From positions 16,176 through 80,175 of the forward strand of contig CBFDDD010000008.1 of NCBI GenBank assembly GCA_965603475.1: DNA of 64,000 bases. The letters are read 5' to 3'. A program made the translations under genes and the position numbers. The stretch comes from an uncultured Myxococcales bacterium. GTDB lineage: Bacteria; Myxococcota_A; UBA9160; UBA4427. Below, piece by piece: positions 1-8,904 of the stretch. Numbering within the stretch: position 1 is the stretch's first letter; each line of letters opens with the position of its first letter. The notes below the pieces were generated by a model. The model made no database searches and had not been told where the DNA came from. It saw only the letters and a list, made by a program, of their open reading frames with translations.

Positions 1-126
1 CGCCTAAGCGAGGCCGCAGAATCGAGCCCTTGATCCAATGAATGGGTTGTGAGACCTGTTTCATAGGTTGATTGTTCACGATCTGGGGAGACGCCAGCGC
101 TCAAGACCTACCTCGGGCGCGCCGAG

Positions 127-792
127 ATGGATGACTGGAAGATTCGCCCGGAGTTCTTCTTTGTCTCGGACCCGATCGAGGTCGTTCAACCGATGTCCGC
201 CATCTCCAATCCCGCGTCCCGCTTAGCCGCGCCCGACTCGCGTCCAATGGTCGTGACCGTCGTCGTGGTCGGATATCTACTCATCTGCTCACTCGGGGGC
301 CTGAATGCGCTGGTCATTCTCGCAAACGGTTCGACTCGGGTCGTTGTCGTCGAATCTCCGTCCCAGAATCCCTTCGAAAACACCGAGCCCGGAAGCGAAT
401 ACAGCGAGTTCTTCCCCGAGCCGCGAAAGCCGGAGCTCGTCGAACTCGAGCGCACCTTCTCGGCCGTCTTCGTGGTGGTCGCGATCTGTGGCGTCGCGGG
501 CAGCATCGGCCTTTTCAATAAGAAAACATGGTCACGCGGCCTGCTGTGGGCGACCACGGGCGCAGCGATTGCTGGCCATGTCCTCTACGCCTTGAGCGTG
601 CTGAAGATCCAGAGTGCCGAGGTCATCGACGTACTCGAGCGACAGCAGGCGTATCAGCTCGTGGCCACGACGTCGCTCATCAATGTCGCAATCCAGTCGA
701 TTCCGCTCCTGGTCCTGGCCGGATTGCTCCGTCATTCCGCGTTGCGTGGCTACGTCTTCGGCTCCCCTGACGAGCATTCTCCGATTCGATGA
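127..792 (+). CDS. Hypothetical membrane protein (about 4 TM segments); start may be ATG 193
   Basis: ORF with four hydrophobic stretches; stop overlaps the ATG of the next ORF (ATGA). Confidence 0.65.
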   Translation: MDDWKIRPEFFFVSDPIEVVQPMSAISNPASRLAAPDSRPMVVTVVVVGYLLICSLGGLNALVILANGSTRVVVVESPSQNPFENTEPGSEYSEFFPEPRKPELVELERTFSAVFVVVAICGVAGSIGLFNKKTWSRGLLWATTGAAIAGHVLYALSVLKIQSAEVIDVLERQQAYQLVATTSLINVAIQSIPLLVLAGLLRHSALRGYVFGSPDEHSPIR

Positions 793-1877
793 CGCGTCGA
801 GGATTGAGGATCCGATTGATGTTCTGTCGGGCGCATAACACGCTAATGACGTTCGGACTGGCGCTAGTCACCTTGGCCACGGGCTGTCAGGAGTCCGCCC
901 CACCTGCGGTCGTGCCCTGGGACGAAGTGGTCCTGTCCTCTGATGCCGAATTTCGCGACATTTTCTTCCTCGACGAGGATCACGGATGGATCGTCGGGGG
1001 GGGCTACAATATCGACGGCGGAATCCTTGGCGAGACTTCGGATGGCGGAGCCCATTGGCGGTTTCGCGTCGGGATCGTCCCGCAAGTACGCACCCGCCTC
1101 TTTCATTTGAACGCCGTCGTGTTTCAAAGTCCGTCGACGGGGATCATTGCCGCCGATGAGGGAAGGATTCTGCGAACGGTCGATTCCGGCGCGCACTGGC
1201 ATACGCTCGTACGCTTCGGTCGCCAGCTCTCGGACCTCTTCTTCCTGGACGCACGCATGGGCTGGGCCGCGGGCGAGCAGCGGGTGCTCCGCACGGAAGA
1301 CGGTGGCGCGAGTTGGGCCCGTGCGAACGCGACGAGTGGGGGGAATGATGATTTTCGAGCGACCGCGATTCATTTCATCGACGCTCGCCGTGGCTGGCTG
1401 GTCGGTCATCACGGCGCAGTCCGGCGAACCGAAGACGCCGGGACGACCTGGATGCGCGTCGATGTTCCGCTGACGGATTCCACTCCGGTCCTCTCGGCCG
1501 TTCAATTCGTGAACGAGCGCATGGGCTGGATCGTCGGAGCCGCGGGTACGATCCTGAATTCTCGTGACGGCGGTCTGACCTGGGCGAGCCAATCGAGCGG
1601 CAGTCTGGCGAATCTCCGGGACGTGCATTTCATCGACGAGCGTCATGGCTGGATCGTCGGCTTCAATCCGAAGACCGGGAGATCGACCGTGTTCCATACG
1701 ACGAACGGCGGAACGAGCTGGGTTCAACAGGCGACGATTCACGGCGAATCGCTCGAGTCGCTTACCTTTCAAGATAGTGGTCGAGGCTGGGCTGTCGGCG
1801 ACCGCGTTCGACGCAAGCCCCAGCGATTGCTTCGCTACACGCCGCCGGCGCCAACACCGCCTTCGCCCGCGACGTGA
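789..1877 (+). CDS. YCF48/BNR-repeat beta-propeller lipoprotein; start may be ATG 847
   Basis: Repeated F..GW.VG..G.I..T.DGG.TW units (Asp-box); lipobox-like LATGC. Confidence 0.85.
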   Translation: MTRRGLRIRLMFCRAHNTLMTFGLALVTLATGCQESAPPAVVPWDEVVLSSDAEFRDIFFLDEDHGWIVGGGYNIDGGILGETSDGGAHWRFRVGIVPQVRTRLFHLNAVVFQSPSTGIIAADEGRILRTVDSGAHWHTLVRFGRQLSDLFFLDARMGWAAGEQRVLRTEDGGASWARANATSGGNDDFRATAIHFIDARRGWLVGHHGAVRRTEDAGTTWMRVDVPLTDSTPVLSAVQFVNERMGWIVGAAGTILNSRDGGLTWASQSSGSLANLRDVHFIDERHGWIVGFNPKTGRSTVFHTTNGGTSWVQQATIHGESLESLTFQDSGRGWAVGDRVRRKPQRLLRYTPPAPTPPSPAT

Positions 1878-2656
1878 GGGGGCTCGATCGTCAGGCTGGT
1901 TGCCAGGGATTCGAAGGCCGGGTCGACCGTTTCCATCGACCCAAGCTGCGTATATAGGCACAAAAGTCGGCCTTCGCTCAATACGAACAGATGGCTCTGC
2001 CGACCGAGATGGCTGAGACGGTCCCAGGTCTCGACGCGTAACGCAGGCTTGCCCGAGATCGCGACCGCTTCTTCCGACGCAATACTCCTCTGGGCCCCGT
2101 GACCGAGTTCGACCAGCGCGTTCTCGGCGAGCTCGGATAAATCGGCTCGACGAAGTGCCGAAACCTGAACTAGCAGGTCATGGAAGGCGCCTCTCACTTC
2201 CCAGTCGACATCGCCATCCACGGAGCCCAGCCCGCCTGCAGAGGTCTCCTCGCGACGAATCCAGGTGATGCTCTTCCAATCTGCCTGGACCGATTTCCAG
2301 CGTTTCTCGCTGGCGAAGAAGCGCCGCGGATTCGTCGAGACGAGAAGCGTTCGAGCGTCTTCCCATTGATTCTGTTCATAGAGTCGGAGGGCCTCGCGAA
2401 GGGTCTCGGCAAAGCCCTCCGGCGTTGCGGGACCCAGGTCGACCAGACGGATATGGGCCATCCCCTGTTCGAAAAGCTGCTCCATGCCGTGATCGGCGTG
2501 CAGCCAACCCGGCGGCACGACGAAACCGATCCGATGGATGCCCACGTCGACGATCGTCGAGGATTGTTGCGGTGGCGTCGTGGCGTCGGGTGAACACGCA
2601 ACAGCGAGGAGAAGAAGCGCAGCGAGCGGCGGCCAGCGCAACCTCAATGCTCGCAT
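1835..2656 (-). CDS. Hypothetical lipoprotein, PsbP/Mog1-like fold suspected
   Basis: Signal peptide with LAVAC; F.VPPGW near N-terminus; VAISGKPALRVE and AFESLATSLTI near C-terminus. Confidence 0.7.
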   Translation of the reverse strand: MRALRLRWPPLAALLLLAVACSPDATTPPQQSSTIVDVGIHRIGFVVPPGWLHADHGMEQLFEQGMAHIRLVDLGPATPEGFAETLREALRLYEQNQWEDARTLLVSTNPRRFFASEKRWKSVQADWKSITWIRREETSAGGLGSVDGDVDWEVRGAFHDLLVQVSALRRADLSELAENALVELGHGAQRSIASEEAVAISGKPALRVETWDRLSHLGRQSHLFVLSEGRLLCLYTQLGSMETVDPAFESLATSLTIEPPHVAGEGGVGAGGV

Positions 2657-3489
2657 GGTCCAGCCGGAAAGGAGATCGTCGCGACCATCGCGTCGAAGAG
2701 CGGGCGATATTTCTCGACGCCCTGAAAACTCGCCTCGAAGAGCCTGTTGTTGTGCGCCACATAGACCTTCCGGCCGTAGATCACACGATCGGGATTCGGG
2801 CCCCGCTCGATCCGAAAGTCGAGGCTCAGAGCTTCTTCACCGGCTACTTCCATGGCCACGGTTTCCGATAGCTTGACCTCTCCAAACTGCGCATAGCCCT
2901 TTCCCGTGAACATCGCTGGACCGACGACTTCATCGAGGGAGTACTCGACCCAGCGCAGATCCCAGAGTGCGGCCGAGATGCGACTCCGAGTTTCATCGAG
3001 GTCGCCCGCGCGATAGGCCACCTTTGCATCGCCGAGTCGCCCGAGCGCCGCTTCGAAGGCTGTCTTCTCCGATCGATTGATTGGGTCGTTGAGATACGGC
3101 TGCGCCCGCTGCAATCGACTTCGGAATTCGCGTGGGCTCAGCTCGTCGAGATCCTGGAGCAACGTCTCTAGTTCGCTGCAGCGGTCCCGGCGACCGATGG
3201 CCGTGACCTCTGCGACGTGAATTGCCTGTCCTCCCGAGACGTACTTGACGAAGCGAGCGCCCATCAGACCGCCAGACTGCTCTCTCTGGCGCTCCCAGTC
3301 GGCGGGCGGTGGCGAGAAGGAGATAGGCTGGTCGTCCCAGCTGAATTTCTCGGGCGCAGGGAGTTCTGCTGCCCAGTCTGCGGAGGTCTTCAGGACGGAT
3401 TCGGAAGCGTTTTCAGTGCTCTCGGAACATCCCACCACCAAGACGAATATGACGAATGTAAGCGCCTTCGAGACGCCAGAACGAGACAT
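2644..3489 (-). CDS. Hypothetical lipoprotein, paralogue-like to the downstream gene
   Basis: GAGGAG before ATG 3489; VVGC lipobox; FSPPPADW, VAGEEALSLD, LFDAMVATISF. Confidence 0.7.
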   Translation of the reverse strand: MSRSGVSKALTFVIFVLVVGCSESTENASESVLKTSADWAAELPAPEKFSWDDQPISFSPPPADWERQREQSGGLMGARFVKYVSGGQAIHVAEVTAIGRRDRCSELETLLQDLDELSPREFRSRLQRAQPYLNDPINRSEKTAFEAALGRLGDAKVAYRAGDLDETRSRISAALWDLRWVEYSLDEVVGPAMFTGKGYAQFGEVKLSETVAMEVAGEEALSLDFRIERGPNPDRVIYGRKVYVAHNNRLFEASFQGVEKYRPLFDAMVATISFPAGPCEH

Positions 3490-3650
3490 CGCTCCTCGGA
3501 CAAATGCGATTCTGTATAGCGAGACGATCAAGTTGCTGACCACCAGGGTCGCGAGCACCAATACCAGATGCTTCAACAGAGAGGGCATAGCGATGCTGAG
3601 CATAGACGATGCGAGCCCCCCCAGCACGACCGGGTGATCGTCGGCCCCCT

Positions 3651-3722
3651 CTCTACGGAGGCATAGCGGAGGATTTCGACGGGGATGGTCGACTGGACCT
3701 CGTTTTTGCAAACTTCGGCGAG
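3651..3722 (+). pseudogene. FG-GAP/VCBS repeat remnant
   Basis: Translates as LYGGIAEDFDGDGRLDLVFANFGE, one FG-GAP calcium-binding motif with no surrounding gene. Confidence 0.6.
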
Positions 3723-3763
3723 TTAGGATTGACTGCACCTATCTCGTGCAAGGAGGACCTTCC

Positions 3764-3957
3764 GTGGCCGAGAACAAGACCAAAAGAGACACGCCAGTGT
3801 GTCCGAGTCCATGTGCCGCTCGTTGCTGAAGAAGCTGGGTAAGTACACGACGGGCAAACCCTGTCTCTATATCAAGAAGCTCGATGACGTGGACCTCGAG
3901 GTTCTCGAACAGCTGATCGAACAGTCGGTCGAGGCGATGAAGGCGAAGAACGGCTGA
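3764..3957 (+). pseudogene. DUF1801-family gene remnant, internally deleted and frameshifted
   Basis: AGGAGG then GTG, MAENKTK; in another frame ASVSES..LLKKLGKYTTGKPCLYIKKLDDVDLEVLEQLIEQS, matching the N- and C-termini of DUF1801 proteins as I recall them. Confidence 0.7.
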
Positions 3958-4021
3958 TCGCGTTCTTGATCTTCGTCGAGATCAGCTCTAGAAATCGGCG
4001 ACCTGGCCATCGCCACGCTGC

Positions 4022-4576
4022 CTAGTAGTGCGCGGGCAGCGGTTTGCCCTTTCGCAGCTCTTCGAGCTGTACTTCGAGCGTCGGGAGATAGTGTTCTTCG
4101 ATCGCCTCGACGTCACCGGGCATGCAGTCGTGCGCCACGAGCAGATCGCGCAGGTTCACGTAGTAGTTTCTGAGTCCTGTCCATGTTTCTATTTGGGCGT
4201 CGTTGAGAGCCGCGCCGCCCTGTTTCTGGGCATCGAGGACTGACACCCCCGCGCGATAGTAGGCGATCAAGCCTGCATGCAGTGTCAGCAACGGCTGTGG
4301 CGCTTCGATCTTCAACAAGCCTGCGAGTCCGGAGCGAATCTCGTGGTCGATCGCCATCGACCGGTCCGTTTGCCCCGACCGCATGAACTCGGCGTGTCGT
4401 CTCAGTTCCTTTGGCAGGTCCTCGGGCTCGTCATCGAGGGCCTCCTTCAGAGCGCGATCATAGGGTTCGATCTGCTTCATCAAGGGTTTGCAATCGCCCG
4501 CGATCGCCGTCGAAGCCGAGACGAGGAGCAGTCCGAGCGATAGGCTGGTCACGAGTTTCCGGTGGATGAAGGGCAT
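4022..4576 (-). CDS. Secreted helical hypothetical protein
   Basis: Signal peptide ending ASTAIA; two Cys; GAGG before ATG 4576. Confidence 0.7.
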   Translation of the reverse strand: MPFIHRKLVTSLSLGLLLVSASTAIAGDCKPLMKQIEPYDRALKEALDDEPEDLPKELRRHAEFMRSGQTDRSMAIDHEIRSGLAGLLKIEAPQPLLTLHAGLIAYYRAGVSVLDAQKQGGAALNDAQIETWTGLRNYYVNLRDLLVAHDCMPGDVEAIEEHYLPTLEVQLEELRKGKPLPAHY

Positions 4577-4787
4577 GAGAAAGACCTCGATCAGGAGCGG
4601 CACCGAAGTGTTGCGTGTGTCGATGCCGGAACTCCGCTTGTTGGCTTTGCCCACCTATCGTCATCTGGCGCCAGCCTCTTGAGGCGCGCGGAGTCTTGCC
4701 TGGTCGGTCGGTGCTGTCCGCGACGCCCCGAGCGGTCCCCGAACCCGGACAACACGGCATTGCGAGGTCTCAATGAGAAAGGCCGCC

Positions 4788-5789
4788 TCAGTGATGCTCC
4801 ACCTGCTCCCGCACGCGTGCGGGCGTCGAACCGAACCAGCGGTTCGTCGCACGTGTGAAGGCGCTGACGTCCGAGAAACCCGCGAGATGAGCCACGCCGG
4901 ATATCGGGATCTGGCGTCGACCGAGGTACTCGCGCGCCACGTCGCATCGCAGACCGTCGAGAAGCGCGCTGAAGCTCGTGCCCTCGTCCGAGAGTCGCCT
5001 TTGTAGACTGCGCGCGCCCATGCCCAGCTGCCGCGCGACGGTCGCCAGATCGGTCTCTCCCGACTCGAGACATCCGGCGAGCAAGCGCCGAACGCGTGGA
5101 GTCAGTTCCGTTTCGCTCCGGCTCTCGAGAAGTCTTTCTGCGAGTTCCTCGTGGATGCGGGCAACGGATTCTTCCGCGTGTCGCGACGATTGAGAGAGTA
5201 TCGCGGCACTGAAACGGAGTTCGTTCTGCTCCGCACCAAATCGAACACGGCAGCGAAGGGCGCGTTCATATTCTTCGAGGGGACCGCGCGGCTCATGTCG
5301 AAAAGAAACCCCGATCGGCCGAACCTCGACCTCGGAAATCCAGTCCATGATCCGCGGAATGAAGGTGGCGACATACTCGGCATGGACCGCCCTGAATTCC
5401 TCGGACCCGATGGCGGCTCCCACACGCAGCCGAGTCGCGTCGGAATCGTCTTCGAGTTCGATCCAGGGCACTCCCGTGATGACTTGCTGATAGCGCGCCA
5501 CGCGCTGAATACCCGCTCCGAGCGTCGCGCTACTGAGCATCAGATAGCCAAAGAGATTTACGGCATGAGCTCGGACGCGTTCGCCGGCGTGCAGGCCGAT
5601 GCAGGGGTCGCCGGTGCGTTCCATCGCCGCCATCCAGACCCGCTCGAGATCCTCTTCGGACAGCTGTGCCTCGGGATCCTGGAGCGTCGCCGCATCGATC
5701 TCACAATCTGCGAGCAGGGCCTGCCCGTCGACATCGAGGTCATCGAGCGCCTCGACGAACAATCGCAAAACCGTGGCCGAGGTCGTCAT
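4788..5789 (-). CDS. AraC family transcriptional regulator (OruR/Arabinose_bd-type N-terminal domain)
   Basis: GGAGG RBS; N-terminal TGDPCIGLHAG; C-terminal RSLQRRLSDEGTSF and LAGFSDVSAFTRATNRWFGSTP. Confidence 0.92.
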   Translation of the reverse strand: MTTSATVLRLFVEALDDLDVDGQALLADCEIDAATLQDPEAQLSEEDLERVWMAAMERTGDPCIGLHAGERVRAHAVNLFGYLMLSSATLGAGIQRVARYQQVITGVPWIELEDDSDATRLRVGAAIGSEEFRAVHAEYVATFIPRIMDWISEVEVRPIGVSFRHEPRGPLEEYERALRCRVRFGAEQNELRFSAAILSQSSRHAEESVARIHEELAERLLESRSETELTPRVRRLLAGCLESGETDLATVARQLGMGARSLQRRLSDEGTSFSALLDGLRCDVAREYLGRRQIPISGVAHLAGFSDVSAFTRATNRWFGSTPARVREQVEHH

Positions 5790-5850
5790 GGGCGTTTCCT
5801 CCCGGATCTGGATGGGCCTATCGGAACGCGAGCCTAGCGATCGAACCGGA

Positions 5851-5891
5851 TTGGCGCTCCCGGTCAAAGCTTTGTCCGCCGCGATCAAAGC
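5851..5891 (+). promoter_or_regulatory. Putative AraC operator: imperfect direct repeat with 21-bp period
   Basis: TTGGCGCTCCCGGTCAAAGC (5851-5870) and TTGTCCGCCGCGATCAAAGC (5872-5891) lie between araC and the divergent operon. Confidence 0.6.
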
Positions 5892-5990
5892 CTAGAAATC
5901 GTGAGTGAATACCTTGGGTTTCGTCATCCCGAAGGACCTCGCCAGGGCATCGCAGCCACGATCCCGGCCATGCAAGACGGAGGGAATGCA

Positions 5991-6254
5991 ATGAGTTCTC
6001 GATCGAGCTTCATGAAGACCCAACCACCGCTCCTGCGCACGACGATGTTGGCGCTCGTACAGACCCTCACGAACGACGGTGGTTCCGAGCGCGAAGTCGA
6101 AAACCAGGTCCTCGAACTCGTGGGGCAGGGCCGGGTCGTGTTGATCGGGAACTTTCGCGCCGTTTCCCTCGGCCGCCCGCACTCGATTGACGCGACCAAA
6201 GCCCCCACATCGAACGTCTACCAGAGAGAGGAGAACTGTCATGAGCGATCCTGA
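5991..6254 (+). CDS. Small hypothetical protein (87 aa)
   Basis: GGAGG RBS; [30 protein letters not shown]; stop overlaps the sigma gene start. Confidence 0.7.
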   Translation: MSSRSSFMKTQPPLLRTTMLALVQTLTNDGGSEREVENQVLELVGQGRVVLIGNFRAVSLGRPHSIDATKAPTSNVYQREENCHERS

Positions 6255-7821
6255 TCGTCTCGAAGCCGCTCGATTTCGAACCGCGACGGATTCTGGCGTG
6301 CGCAGCCAGGAGAAAGCCCGATCGAAAGCAGGCGAGAACACAACAGCGGATTCGGTACCCCGTTATCTCAACGAGATCGGGCGAATTCCGTTGCTCGACT
6401 ACGAGCGAGAAGTCGAGGTCGGACAGCGAATCGAGAATGCAGTGGCCGCCTACTACCGGGCGATCCTCAGCAATCCGTTCAGTCTTCGTCGCGTCATAGA
6501 AGTCGGCGATTCGGTTGCCGCCGACCACATCGCACTCGAGTCAGTGATCGATGGCCTCGACGACGAGTCCGAGCAACAGCCCGAGGAAATTCGTAGGCGT
6601 TTTCTCGAGTCGATGAGTCGGCTCCTCCGTATCGAGAAGAACATCGCCGAGCGCTCTCTCGAGCTGTGTTCCAAAGCGCTTCGCGGCCACGACCGTGAGG
6701 CCCTCGAATCCGAGCTTGCGGCGCAATACGGGGAGGCCGCCAGCATCCTGCGCCGCGAGAGGTTCAAGCGCAAGCGCTATGACGAACTCGAAGAATCCCT
6801 TCGTGAGCTCGCGGATGGCCATCATCGACTCGACGAGCGCGCCGCGCACATCGTCCGGCCCTTCGATCTCGATGTCGACGAATTGCGCGCCCTGTTGCAG
6901 CAGTCGGAAAAGCGCAGCACAGATGGCAACGAGGCCCTCACCCGGCTGGGAGGCGACGCCGAGGCCATTGGGGAGGCCCTCGAGATGCTCGACAAGTTGG
7001 AGGACAATCGCGTGCGCGCCGAAGCCGCATCGGGCATCTCGAAGTCTCAAGTCAACGGGGCGATTTGTAGGATCGACGCGACGTTGGATCGTGCTCGTGA
7101 AGCCAAGAACGAACTCATCGAGTCCAACCTTCGTCTGGTTGTCTCTATTGCGAAGAAGCATAAGTCACGTGGACTCTCGCTCCTGGACCTGATTCAGGAG
7201 GGCAATATTGGCCTGATGAAGGCGGTCGATCGATACAACTGGCGTCTGGGGTACAAGTTCTCGACCTATGCGACCTGGTGGATCCGACAGGGCATCACCC
7301 GGGCGCTTGCGGATCAGGCCCGCTTGATCCGACTCCCTGTGCACATCACCGAGGCCGTTCACAAACTCGTTCGCGTACGGCACCAGCTCGCACAGACATT
7401 GGGGCGCGACCCTCTTCCGGAAGAGTTGTCAGAATCCCTCGACATGTCATGCGAGAAGGTGTCCACGATCCTGCGGGTCCTCCACGAGCCGATCAGTCTC
7501 GAAATGCCGATTGGTGAGGGCGAAGGCGACAAGCTTTTGGACCTGATCGAAGATCGCAATGGCATCGATCCCCAGGAGATGGCGGTCCAATCGAGCCTGT
7601 GCTCGATCACGCGAATGATCCTCGAAACGCTTCCGCCCCGCGAAGCGCAGGTCCTGTGTATGCGCTTTGGTATCGGGGAGGAGGACGATCAAACGCTCCT
7701 CGAGGTTGGCCAGGAATTGGGAGTCTCTCGCGAACGCATCCGCCAGATAGAGGCCAAAGCGCTGGGAAAGTTGCGGCGTCCGGCCCGGGGGCGTTGGTTG
7801 CGCCTCTTCCTGGATCGATGA
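6241..7821 (+). CDS. RpoD-like sigma-70 factor lacking region 1.1
   Basis: Region 1.2 [11 protein letters not shown]; long non-conserved region; region 2 [34 protein letters not shown]; region 4 [12 protein letters not shown]; GAGGAG RBS. Confidence 0.95.
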   Translation: MSDPDRLEAARFRTATDSGVRSQEKARSKAGENTTADSVPRYLNEIGRIPLLDYEREVEVGQRIENAVAAYYRAILSNPFSLRRVIEVGDSVAADHIALESVIDGLDDESEQQPEEIRRRFLESMSRLLRIEKNIAERSLELCSKALRGHDREALESELAAQYGEAASILRRERFKRKRYDELEESLRELADGHHRLDERAAHIVRPFDLDVDELRALLQQSEKRSTDGNEALTRLGGDAEAIGEALEMLDKLEDNRVRAEAASGISKSQVNGAICRIDATLDRAREAKNELIESNLRLVVSIAKKHKSRGLSLLDLIQEGNIGLMKAVDRYNWRLGYKFSTYATWWIRQGITRALADQARLIRLPVHITEAVHKLVRVRHQLAQTLGRDPLPEELSESLDMSCEKVSTILRVLHEPISLEMPIGEGEGDKLLDLIEDRNGIDPQEMAVQSSLCSITRMILETLPPREAQVLCMRFGIGEEDDQTLLEVGQELGVSRERIRQIEAKALGKLRRPARGRWLRLFLDR

Positions 7822-7914
7822 GGATTGCCGCCGAGCGGGTAGTGGCATTCGGCCGGAAGATCTCGACGGCAAACGAAACGATCGCGCCTTGAAATTTCCG
7901 TCTGTCGGATGCGG

Positions 7915-8712
7915 CTATCGCACGCCCGCTATCTGAACAACCTGGTGTATCCAGTATGGGATGAGCGTGGCCCAATAGGCCGTCATCCAGGTTAGACCCA
8001 CGATTCCGCCCCAAGACGTGGCATCGGTTGCCCGGTTCCTGTCATGAAGGGCTCGCGACAGGCCGTTCGCCAGAAGCGCTCGTGTGACGGGTGGGTTTGA
8101 CTCGATCGCTCCATCGTGCGATCGAGCATCCGCTCGCAATGCACGCAGATGAATGATTTGCCACGGCAGGTAGACGACCCCGAAGAACAAATTCAGTTGC
8201 AGCAGGATTTCGCGGCCACCGATCGATTCGAGAGACGCGTAGAGATACGCGCTGGCAACCGTGTTCGCGACGAAGATGACCGCCCATCCCATTTCTTCAT
8301 AGAAGTAGGGCGAGAGTCGTCTGGACAGTATGGCGAACCACACAAAGATCTGAGAGACGACCACTACGAGTAACATCAGCCACGAGAGGGCATCGACCCA
8401 ACCGACGCGCTCGACGTTCAGCAGGCGAATGACATGGGAGAATTGATAGATCCAGGCAATCTCGACGAAGGTGGCCAGAGTGCGAGTGACCAGGGTTGAC
8501 GACAGAGCCGTGGCGTGAAGGACGATGTTGTCCTTGTATCGGTTGGGAAAGAGGCAGCGGTAGGCCGAGACGGCGAAGAGGATCTGTGCGGGGATGATGA
8601 TATGTGGATCGAGTGCCCCCGCATTCAGGGCGAAGGTGTTGGCGAAGAAGTAGAGGTTCGCCAAAGCGCCTAGCTTCAAGAGCCAGAGAAAGATTGTGAA
8701 GTCCTTGGCCAT
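7915..8712 (-). CDS. Multi-pass membrane protein of unknown function
   Basis: About 6-7 hydrophobic segments; motifs YRCLFP and RTLATFVE. Confidence 0.75.
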   Translation of the reverse strand: MAKDFTIFLWLLKLGALANLYFFANTFALNAGALDPHIIIPAQILFAVSAYRCLFPNRYKDNIVLHATALSSTLVTRTLATFVEIAWIYQFSHVIRLLNVERVGWVDALSWLMLLVVVVSQIFVWFAILSRRLSPYFYEEMGWAVIFVANTVASAYLYASLESIGGREILLQLNLFFGVVYLPWQIIHLRALRADARSHDGAIESNPPVTRALLANGLSRALHDRNRATDATSWGGIVGLTWMTAYWATLIPYWIHQVVQIAGVR

Positions 8713-8904
8713 TCGAGGGCAACAATAACTCATATGCGGGACAGTCGATCATCAGTCCATTGAACGTCTCAGGCTCGACCTTCGGCTCCTCTCGAGCATC
8801 AGCAGGCCGGCGGAGCCTGCGTTGTTCAACTAAACCGTGGTGGACGATCACTCTGTCATCCAGCATATTGACGGTCTCTGCATTACGATCTCGGAGCCTC
8901 GTAT

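Noticed and set aside
864-1961. 365-aa minus-strand ORF
   Set aside because: Antisense shadow of the propeller gene; no motifs
789-3489. YCF48-like plus PsbP-like genes read as a photosystem II assembly cluster
   Set aside because: Both folds are widespread in non-phototrophs and no photosynthesis genes are present
8745-8800. Minus-strand EEPKVEPETFNGLMID, resembling a hydrolase C-terminus
   Set aside because: Too short to distinguish from chance
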